NCBI GenBank assembly: GCA_023515725.1
Contig: JALDTO010000179.1
Coordinates: 392,053-456,052 of the forward strand
Source of the DNA: Amoeboaphelidium protococcarum X5
Lineage: Eukaryota > Fungi > Aphelidiomycota
Direction of reading: 5' to 3'
Length of the DNA: 64,000 nucleotides
Shown here: positions 52,190-63,009 of the stretch, piece by piece
How positions within the stretch are numbered: position 1 is the stretch's first letter
Layout: each line of letters starts with the position of its first letter
Program-made: the position numbers and the translations under genes
Notes under the pieces: model-generated
Seen by the model: the letters and a program-made list of their open reading frames with translations, nothing else
The model's database searches: none
Told to the model about the DNA's origin: nothing

Positions 52190-53216
52190 ATGTATTAGAA
52201 TTAATAAAGTGTAAATTAAACCACGACTTACTGCACAAAATGTCAGCAGTAATGCGAAGATGAAGCCTTCATAGCGTTGCGAGATGGCACATCGTTTCAC
52301 CGTCAGTGTTTCACTTGTGACATTTGTTAAAATGAGATGCCATTGAAATTCGCCTTTAAAAATGGGAAATATTATCATACAGAGGTAAGGCACTACGTTA
52401 TCAATATTGTTATATTAAATCTCTATATTTATTAAAGTTGCCGTATGTAGTGTTATGCCAATGCCAAAGCAACGGCGCCTAAATGTTTCAAGTGCGAAGG
52501 GCCAATAATCGGTAGCGAAGTGAGCGTTGTGCTGGGAAATGATATGAAATTTCACGCAAGATGCTTCGTCTGCGATGGATGTGGCCAGTAATTATCCGAC
52601 AGATTTTATTAAAATAATAGCTTGTTTTATCATCAAGAGGTAATGTTAAATGCTTATTGCAAATATCACATAATAAATATTTTCTAATCGAATGTAGTGC
52701 GTGATTTGCTCCCTCTGCAACAGCAATCTGAATGGTCTCAATTTCAGTCAATTACAAGACGGCGGCTACGTGTGCGATCCGTGTCTCTATCAGTAGATGC
52801 GGCAAGAAGAAAAGATCACGGCTGTTAATGGACAACACGACTCTAATCCGGATCCAGTCCCATTACAACAGTAATATTATGGATAACCGGCAATGGCATA
52901 GCCGAGATAGCAGCCATTTGTATAGGCACAGGATCAATACGCTAATGCTGCCTACTTTCAATAATAACAACCACAATATGTGCAGCAAAATCAGTATGGG
53001 TATCAAGTGCCGCAGAATTATGTGCCACAGTAGGGTGTGCCTCAAAGAGCGCCGACAGCTCAGAGTGCCCTTTTAAACAGTCACAATAACTATGGATCTC
53101 AAGGCTCACTAGCTCATCAGGCGCAAATTGTCAATGGCGGCTAGTATTATCAACAGTAGTAGCAGTAGGTCTATCAGCAATAATAATAACAGTTTCGGAA
53201 TCAGTACGCTCGCTGA
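52190..53216 (+). CDS. LIM-type zinc-finger protein with Q/Y-rich tail; introns 52385..52450 and 52640..52697
   Basis: Spliced product has five fingers (CTKC..HRQC, CDIC..HTEC, CFKC..HARC, CDGC..HQEC, CSLC..CDPC), then a Q/Y/P-rich region and TGA. Confidence 0.88.
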
Positions 53217-53434
53217 AACCGAGTGTTTGAATGCGCGCGCGGCAGATCGATTGAGGTTTCACCTGTTTCAGCGCAATGATGAAATGCTATAAATAGATTA
53301 ATTACCTTTCAATCAATCTCTTTCACTGAGCACTCATTATTTCCCCTCATATTATTATTATTATTGCATCCAAGTTGCCTGTCTTCTTTAGATATTTATA
53401 TACTTTGTAAATTTGTAAATTGATAAGGATTTTG

Positions 53435-55687
53435 ATGTTTAAAAAGAAGAAGGAAGTAGTTGCAGGATAAAGTTTCAGCACGTTACCATAGAGTCCATCT
53501 ACGTAGGGCGGCTACATGGCGGGTGGATAGTAGAATGGTTATAATATGGTTGGTAATCAGCATCCAGCTTTGGCTCTGGCTTAGATGAGTGCCAATTAAC
53601 AATATGCTGGATAGTAGTAACAGATGCAGAATTATAACAATCCCGGTGGATATGGAGTCAACGCTATGGCTGGACTGCCGTTATAACAGTAGTAATAGCA
53701 AATGATGATGATGCAACAAGGATCCCCTGCTGTACCGCGCCAGACACCTCAAGGTTATGGTCAAGGTGCGGCACTGCAAAATCCTATGGCACAGTAAAAT
53801 TAGATGCAGTAACAGCAGATGTTGTAGCAACAGCAAGGTGCTGGAATGTATTCGTATCAACCTCAGTAGTAGAATGTTGCATAGAATCAGCAGAATCCGA
53901 TGGCAATGGGCCAAGTTGCTGGTAATAACTATGGCGCAATGTAATCTGGATAGAGGCCGTAGTAGTAGTTATAATAGCAATAGTTTCCACCTTAGATGCA
54001 GATGCAGCAATAGATGTAGTAGCCTCAAATGCTCTAGTAATAGCAGATGCAGAAACAACAATAGCAGATGTAATATCAGTAACAGCAGCAACAAAACTTT
54101 TAACCTCAGGGACCGCCTTGTCTTAAATGCTCTAAGGCTTGTGATCAAAGGAATGGATTTATAGGCTTAAAAGATGGTTCAAACTTTCATAAGGAATGCT
54201 TTACTTGTGGACTCTGTGACTAGGTGTTGCCTCTGAAATTTGTCCACAAGCGTAAAAAGTATTTCCACACTGAATGCTATGATCACATTAAAGCTACACT
54301 TCCTGCCTGTGCTCATTGCAAGATTCAGCTACTTCCCATGGAGCCAACTCTATAATTGCCTACTGGGTCCACGTATCACGAAGAGTGCTTCGTTTGTGAT
54401 CAGTGTACTAAGCCTCTGGGATAAATTGTGTTGCCATTTGGGGAGTTGCTATTCCACCAAGAGTGTATGGGATGTTTTAATTGTAATAGATCTCTGGCCG
54501 GTGTGTAGTATGATCAATTGCCTGAGGGATATTACGCGTGCATCAACTGTCTATCGTCAATATGGCCTGAGCTGTATGCTACGAGTAACCCAATCTCTAA
54601 GATTGCAACCCCGCTTAACTAAAGCAATAATACTTTACCACAGCTCCAAGGAAGTTAAAGCCCTCTGCCAAGTGGTTAGAATTCTGTACGCGTCAATACT
54701 TAGACAAGATCTTAGTCTAACACTTAGACTTTTGGGACTGTGCGGGCAAGCTCTAGTTCACCAAATACACAGGTGGAGTCCATCACTCCATAGAATTTTT
54801 CCGACTATGGAGATTATAGTCAGACACTGCCATCAAAAATGGCAAAGATGCACTTACAAAGTGTGTAATCTGGTGGTACTAATAGTCCTAGTGGATAGGC
54901 TCTGAATAAGCCTCCATCTATTAATCATTTGTAGTAGGCTTTTGGTGTGCCATCACAATAGTCTATTCCGGACATCAAGTCCCTGCCACCACCAATATCT
55001 ACTCCATCCAAATCCAATACTCCCCGATAGAGTGTGGCGATCAATAACCTACCTCCACCTGCATAAATCCCACCACTTGGCACACTTCCCACTCAGTTGC
55101 CGCCACCAGCTTCTCTACCAAATGGATTACCTCCACCTCCATCATTGCCTAAGAATAAGCCGCAGCTGCCATCAACTCTGCCGATACTGCCCGAGAGAAG
55201 TCACAGTCTGACAGATTCGATGAGAGCATAGCTACCTTTGCCTCCTTAGTAGTCGTCAGCTTCATCTTTACCTGCCCCACCTCAACCTCCGTCTTCATAA
55301 TAATCCACAGCGTCTGCACCGCCACCGGTTGTTCACTCCAGCACGGAGCCATTGCCCGAAAGTAAGGGAGATTTGTTGTCTCAAATTCGTAAGGCGTCAG
55401 TTCAGAATCTCAAAAAAGTTGATAATGTCGTGGGAAATGGAGCAATATCTGCGCAAGGTAAAGGTGTGGCCGCCGGAGCTGGAGGTAAAGTGTCTGCAAG
55501 TGCTTTTGGTAAGAGTGGCTTGTAATCTGCTCTGGCTCAGTCTCTGAATAAGATGAAGGCTAAAGTTGCCGTTGAAGAGGAAGACGATGGACCGGAAGAG
55601 GCGGTCATCAATATCTCGTCACATCTGAACAATAGGAGAAAGCATATTGAAGAGGGAGGCAATGAGGCTGACGATGATTGGGATTGA
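53435..55687 (+). CDS. LIM + proline-rich + WH2-C-A (WCA) protein; candidate Arp2/3 nucleation-promoting factor
   Basis: 751 open codons: Q/M-rich N-terminus, five LIM-type fingers (about 54119-54550), polyproline region, WH2 GDLLSQIRKASVQNLKKV (55367-55420), C motif GLQSALAQSLNKMKAKV, end EEGGNEADDDWD. Confidence 0.88.
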
Positions 55688-55844
55688 TTTTGTCTATGTA
55701 AGTGCTGTGACTTTATTATGGTGCTGCTGATAAGAGCATTGGCATACAAGTAAAGAGAAAGACAGATAGAGAGAGATAGAACCATTTAGTGCATGAATTT
55801 AGCTGTCATAAGTATAGAATTTTATAAAAATTCCGCCAAACCTT

Positions 55845-57407
55845 TCACCAATCGTCCTTGTCAGCAGATACTCGTTCAGGTGAAGTTTCTCTCATTGCGA
55901 GTCTTTTAGAGCTTAATGAACGCTACAACTCACTTTATAGATCATCGCCACTCGATGCCAAATTCATTTTACTTAAAGATTTGGACAATGATGTCTTTAG
56001 ACCAGAAGGTTAATTAGAACTAGACTCTTCTCTTAAGAATGATGGAGTTGAAGCATCTCTCACATCATCCACCTTGTTTAGTTTTTCAATCGAAGATTTT
56101 CTAATCTGATCCAGAAGATTGGTTGGCAGAGCACTAGAGCTAGATGACTTTCTCAAAGGCGTCTACTCCTAAGATGATACAACTTGTTCAGGAGCTTTGG
56201 GAGCAGGAGGGACAACTTTACTCTAACCAGGAGTTTCTTTAGTAGAGCTGTTAGCAGTGTTGCTTTACTTTGGAATAGCTTTATTTTCACCAATAGAAAC
56301 TTTAGTTTACTCAGTAGATTTAAACTGTTCTCCAATGACAGCCTTACCAGTATTTGAGACACCAGGCCCTGTAACATTCTAGTTAGAGTCCATTTTACCC
56401 ACACTGCTTTATAAAGACTACTAAGACGGTATAAACGTGTTCATTGGTTTACTAGGCTAAGACTGACCCATAGGCTTGCTGTTATTGTAACTATCAGCAG
56501 GCTTTAATTATTCAGTAGGTTTGATAGAAGCTTGTGAAGGAGGCACTTTCAAAGGCACAGACGAATTACTTTAAGAAGATGCCGGAATTTGACTGTTCAA
56601 TTTGGACAGCAAGTCTTTAGTTTTATTACTTGCGTTAGGTACTTCAGTCTTGGCCTAAAGATTCTTATTCGTCACACCTTATACATTCTAGCTCTTACTA
56701 GAGGCAATAGGCGCGCCATAAGTGACTCCAAATTTATCAAAAACATCACTGTTACCGATACCAGCTTTCGCTTCCCGTCTAGCCAACTCAGACTCTCTAT
56801 TAACGGGATCGTAACGCTTCTCTATGCATTTACCGCAAGTGAACACACCATCAATCTCTTTGAATCGGACGCCTCTATCACCGCTACTACTATCACTCAA
56901 GAGACCGGATTTACACACACTACATTTAGGGAAGCAATCGATATGGTACTTTTCACTCTGGTACGTGGTGTACTTGTCATTAGTTAGAATGGCTCGCTTA
57001 CAGGTGCTACACTTGGGACTAAATACGTCCATATAGCACGCCTCATCATACCATACACCTTAATCTTCAAAATACTAACCACCGGCTATTGTCTTATTGC
57101 ATTTACTACATTTGAGACAGTCGGCGTGCATCAGCTGACCATTTATGCGAACAGCTTTACCGCCGGGAAGTAATGGCTTCTTACACTTGATACAACCATC
57201 GCCAGAGGAGGTCTAATTGCTAGCGATCGCTTTATCCACACATTACAAATGATACAACTTCTAATCATGCATAGTATATTCTGCCGGGAGGGGCAATTTA
57301 CAGTGATTACAATTGAAACATCGAGCATGTACATTCACACCATCATCCAGTTGAGCATACGATTCTCCGCCAGCAATAGTCTTTCCGCAAGTATTACACA
57401 CTGGCAT
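55845..57407 (-). CDS. Second LIM + WH2-C-A protein (paralog, convergent)
   Basis: 521 open codons: three LIM-type domains from residue 4, S/P-rich linker, WH2 NLLDQIRKSSIEKLNKVDDVRDASTP, GLKTSLSKSLSKMN, DLQSELQRSLSSKRLAM, end ADKDDW. Confidence 0.88.
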
Positions 57408-57739
57408 CTTTTATATTTCTACTCAATGATGTTGTTCTGAGAGAATAAATTTTACTATACTGATTAAAAATGTCCAGCGATAATATATTAACTTTGATAA
57501 AAAGCCAAGTTATACCGTAATATACAGAGTTGTTTGAAGTTTACGGTAAAGGAGAAAAGTTACGATCAACTTCCAACGCTATTCCGTTCGCGTAAGTGAA
57601 CATTTAAAAAGTAAATTTAATAGTGAGACAAAGAGGATGAGCGTAATGTATACTTATATTGACCGCTAGTCACATAATCCATGTCAAGTGTAGATAGTAG
57701 CCAATTAGCAACAAAAGCGCCAGTGACAAACTTCATGTA

Positions 57740-59650
57740 TCAAAAGATACAGCCAACATCGCGAGAAGATCGACCGGCGGCAGTGGATTATGATGCTTAT
57801 GATGATGGAATAGGCTTGGTGGAGGATCCCTGCTTGACACCAACTTGCTGCTTTTGCTGCTATTACTTTTTAAATATTCCCTTCAGATTATCCTCAAATG
57901 AACCAGACTTGATCTATACATTACCGCCATTCATATTACTAGTAGAATTAGAAGAGTAGCGAGCTTGACTACTTTTTGCACCACCAGCAGTAGATGATGA
58001 TGATGACCCGACAAAGTTACCGCTACCTTACGCACCAACACCTGATTACAACTGCTACTATAAACGCTACCTAGCCTCCACCGAATTCCTGATATGATTC
58101 AATAGCTCAGCAGGAGGTACTGGGCATGCGCGATTGTTCTTGAACTTGGCATAAGATCCATTTAAAAGAGGATTCTTATCAGCCTCAGAGCCAAACAGAA
58201 ATAGTCCAGTAGGCTCATGCTTCTTCTTAATTAACGGATTATCATTGATGATATTCTATACACCACCATGAGACTATTGAGTAAGAGATTTAAAGTCACG
58301 CTGCGCCTATGCCTATTACTCAATCTGATCGCTTATAGACTATTTAGCAGCTTCGGTCAATTTCTTCAATTTAAGATTCTCCTCATACACAATCTGATAA
58401 TCTTCATCCAATAACTAATTAGTCTTCTTGACCATTGTTTTATCTAACTAAAATAATTATTATTTATACTACTGCTATTACTGTTTGGCACTCAACTAGT
58501 TTGCATTATTATGATTTCTGTTTTTTGGTACATGGTCACCATTGATATTAAACCCACCAAAGACCATTCCAAACTTTTTATCTAGTTCAGTGAGGCTACC
58601 ATGTTTATGATGTCGAGACTAAGGCTTCACCTGAGTAACTTTAAACTGATATGGAGACTACGCCTTCAGTGTACCTTTCGTAGATAATGATGATGATGAC
58701 GAAATACCAATTTAGCGCTGCATATCATCTTTAAACTACTCCATGGATTAAGAAAACATCTCCTGGATCTTGTCATTAAGGATAAAGTCTGGCAATTGAG
58801 CACCATCTTAATTTCTCCCCGTAGAGCTTTTAGAACTGACACCAGATTTCTTACTACCACCACCACCACCACCACTTGCAGCTTATTAAATATCAGGCGC
58901 AGAGAGTGGAATTTACGTACCATCTTGCTCATTGACAAATACATTCTTATCCACATCAAATGTGAACGATGGTCCAGGCAGATGTTGAAATCCTAAGTCT
59001 TTCATCATCTTGAGCATAGTCTCCCTGGTGGGAAATTCAAAGTTGGCCTCTTCAAAATCTTCTTCATCGAAACTCGAATAGTCCTCCTCCTCATCTTCAT
59101 CATCTTATACCTATTTACCAGCATCTTTATCCGCTTGTACGCTATCCTTAGTGATAGAATCAGTGGAAAATGGCATCTTTGTGACAGTTGCGATAGAAGA
59201 TAGAGCATCCTGAGAATTATGCCGGTTCAACTCTGCATTCAGTTAAGCTTTGAGGGGACGCGTCAGATTGTGTAATGTCATTTTGTCCATATCCAATTCT
59301 AGCTCCTCTACCACTTCATCATCATCATCATCATCTATGTCAAGGTCATCTAAAAGATGAATCCCTTCAGCATCGAAATCTTAAACGTCATCCAGTATGG
59401 TAGGTACAATGGCAGATGATTACACCTTTTGCGGCTCTTTCACAGTAAGCTTAATATTTCCCACAGAAAGACTAAACTGCTGATCTCCCTAAATCAAATG
59501 TCCCTTCTCATGAGCCTCAGCAATAAGCCGGAGCACATTGGCCACCTCTTGCTTTGACCGTTAGAAAGGCCAGTGAAGGAGGATATGGATAATCTCCTAA
59601 TACTGCTCATAGTCAGTCTCCATCACAGTCTATATCTACGAGACTGTCAT
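57740..59650 (-). CDS. Hypothetical protein (acidic, G/S- and Q-rich low-complexity)
   Basis: 637 codons with no TGA under table 6; no domain recognised. Confidence 0.75.
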
Positions 59651-60046
59651 TCTTGCACACTTGAATTGTACACACAGACAGGCGGGCAGGCAGGCAGACT
59701 GAATCCGTAAATTTAATAGTGTAAGCGCAGCAATAGATATTATATGACTATAGACACTGAATAGTAACAACTGGGAATTACCTCAAATGCGCGCGCCTTT
59801 TAGAGAAGAAAGAAATTCAGAGAAAAAAACCATCAACTCGTTCCATTTGCGAAACGGCTGCCAGGTGGAAAGTTTCAGTCAAAAGGGAAAACGCGAAAGG
59901 AAAGCTCTCTCTTTCTCTCTCTTCCTCAATCCATCGCCTATTCTATTCGTCGTCGTTGCTCTGTAACAGATTTCACTATACTATAACACTGTAGCATCGC
60001 GACTATATCTATTATAAAAATAGGAAACCTTTAATTGGATATAAAT

Positions 60047-60805
60047 ATGGATCTTTTAGAGTTTATAGATGTGGAGCATGTAAAGTTTTTGAATGTTAGA
60101 GATTAGGATAGAGCGAGGTCCGTGTTTAAATCTTTAGATTAGTACAATGTATTCCATAATAATGAACTTCAAATTGATAATACCCAATAGACGGAGAATG
60201 GATAATGTGTCTGTGTTAGCGATACTGATACTGCGACATTTGATGAGTATGATGAGTCTATAATCATGGTGGTTCCGTTCACACAGAGCGTCAAGATTTA
60301 GAGTATATCACTCAACACTGATCCATAGAGGTATCCACTGAATGCACCCAGTCGAATGGTTCTATTTGCGAATAAAAGCGTCGACTTTAATGATGTTGAG
60401 TCCATGTGGAGTCCTGATAATCATGTTCATAATGGCCAGTGTGGGTGTACTTCGTAAATAAACTCCAGTGGACAGGTTAGTCAGGAATTTGATCTAATCA
60501 ATCCATCTTCTACTGGTGATCGTATAAGCTATGAGCTGCTTCCCTTCAAGTTTAGCAATGTGACTCTACTATCTATATACTTTCCATGGAACTTTAAGAC
60601 GCGATAAATGATGTTAAATCCATAAGCTGCTAACAATGTCAGCGAGGATATATATGGACTTGCTACGATGATTGACTTTGTTGGATTCACTGGCACTTGT
60701 AACGGTCCTGTTAATAACTTGCGCGTTGTGAAAGCTGTCTATGAGACTAAACCAAATGTCTCTGATCATCCTCAGGTTGAAGTCACTAATAGAATGGGTA
60801 TGTGA
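60047..60805 (+). CDS. PITH-domain protein (PITHD1-like)
   Basis: LLEFIDVEHVKFLN, IIMVVPFTQSVKIQSI, APSRMVLFAN..DFNDV, KFSNVTLLSIYF, VYETKPNVSDH. Confidence 0.88.
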
Positions 60806-60870
60806 TATTGTATTTCGGAATAAAAATACTGAACATGAAGCCATTTAATGTGATAATTTAATTTAAAAGT

Positions 60871-61932
60871 TCAACATTTTGTCACATCATAGACACCGAG
60901 CGCCCTATCTCTTTACGTAGCCGAGTCATCCATTAGTATCACAGTTGTATCGTTTACAATTCGGTGGTGCAGTCCAACCACTTGATATGCATTCTTTCTA
61001 GATAGCCAAGTCAAGTCTTTCAGTAACTACGGAGGCAACTGAGCTTACTGACCATTTCGCCTTGTGGCAGCCTTGGAAAGTTTCTATTGAATGGCAGAGG
61101 TGGACCAACCAGGATCCAGAACAACCAATAACACATCGCAAGCTTAAACTTATAACTGTTATTGACTCAGTGATGATAATCGTCGCACAAGTACGCCAAC
61201 TATAGTGATACTATGACCGTCAAATTAGAGATACAGCGGAGGCTTATCTTACAGATTTTCATTAATATGATCAGTTTACACGGTCAAAAACTATCTTTAA
61301 CTGTGTAAAAGTCGCGTATCGAGACTGTTGAAATAGGCGCAACAGTATCGTATCAGCTTAGACGCAGCAGAACCATCAAATGAATCAACAAAATCCACTA
61401 CATATGCAGAGTAATGGTAGCGAGAGTAAAGGATAGTCAACACCTCAACGGCACCAATCCACTACTAAGATCCTTGCACAGAGTATCCGTAATGACGCGC
61501 ACCGTCAGGATCAAATTAGTTCTGGAACGCCGCAGTAAGAAATCGCTACAAATTTTCAATCAACGGTACCTCTTAGTTATTACTTCTATTGAGCTGACTG
61601 GAGAGCAGCATTTATAAATTTCTATATCCACAACCAAATCTTGCATCATCCTGATTTCTCTGCGAATAGTGGCGGACCAAAGGCGTACACAGACTGAATG
61701 AGGAGATGGCAGTTTAGTTGCTCAGACACTGGCGAATCTTTTCTATTAACGAATGTTCATCTAAGTTGACTCGTGAGGAATTTAGCGTAGTAATTGCTCT
61801 TGTTGTTGTCGTCGTTGGTGATACTTCATTAGACTATTGCAAAGACAGTTAAAGTGCCTAGTGAAGATTCAGATGATCAACCAGATCGTCCTATTCCACA
61901 AAATCACCACATAAATCACACTCCACCAACAT
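60871..61932 (-). CDS. ZUP1/ZUFSP (Mug105)-family deubiquitinase, peptidase C78, with N-terminal C2H2 finger
   Basis: CDLC..HLNLH finger; FGCGYRNLQMLLS (catalytic Cys), FDPDGA, WIGAVE, PPLYLQFDGHSITIVG, VLDPG. Confidence 0.88.
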
Positions 61933-62041
61933 TAGGCTCAATTAAAATTAAGACGCTTTTAGTATTCCACGAAAAAAGAGTAATAAATAGAACTTATAAA
62001 ATTTTAAGGTATACATCTCTTTCATAATTATCTCAATAAAA

Positions 62042-62761
62042 TCATTAATTATGAATTAACCAGTTTCTGAAATTACTCCAAACGTTGGAATCATTGTATA
62101 GATACTGCATGGACGCTTGCAGAGATGATTGTAATGAGAAGCGTTCCCACTTGAACAAGTACATCACAACACCCCAGACGACGGCAGCAAATACAGGGAA
62201 GACTTTGTCTTCATACAGACCGGCACTTAATGGAGCAGACTTGCCAGATACCGACGTGGATGTAGATGCAGTGCTGAGTCTAGCAGAGGCACGTCGACCA
62301 CCCTTGAAATCTTCAGAGGGTATCAAACCAATGAGTTTAAACACGTTTCTTGCATATAACACCTTGATTGCACCCACCATAATTCTACTGAATAGATACA
62401 ACACAATCTACTGGTTGATATTGTTATCTTTACCGAATACAATGTAGCCACCAATCAACCCACTTATGAAACTGTGCCACTGCTCCTCCTTCTGCTAACC
62501 GTTGGTGGATTTGAGGAGTAAAAGTAGCGACTTATAAATACCAACAAATGTACCCAAGTTCTTGCTATGCTACCAGGTTGCTTCCAATATGGCTTTAATC
62601 TTCTATCTGAAAGTCAACTAGTCTCTAAACAGGAAGGTCATAACGAACGCATGAGGCAGTCGAATCTTGGCTCCATACACCAAACCATTCCTTATACCCT
62701 TCAGAATTGACAAAATTCCATGATTCTTGGGATCCAGAAGAAACTAATTGACAGAATCCAT
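62042..62761 (-). CDS. PXMP4: Peroxisomal membrane protein 4 (PXMP4/PMP24)
   Basis: KGIRNGLVYGAKIRLPHAFVMTFLF, INQQIVLYLFSR, FAAVVWGVVMYLF, LQSSLQASMQYLY. Confidence 0.93.
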
Positions 62762-63009
62762 AATGAGTAAAAGTTATATTAGTTTTAGATCTACAAAGCG
62801 AGACTACAAATAGAATTACAGTAAATATGAAGAGGTGCAGTGGTTGTTTTACAGGGTGGGTGAGAATGGATCGGAACAAAGTCAAGCGATGAATTTCTGT
62901 TTGAGCGATCTCGTTCTTTTGACGAAGATGGCGACGACGGGTTTGTTCATTTTTCTCAGCGTGAATAAGATCTATTAACGTTATATCATTTCAAACAAAG
63001 GTGGTGGAG

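Noticed and set aside
57743-57754. C-terminal GCIF as a CaaX prenylation motif
   Set aside because: Cys is at -3, not -4.
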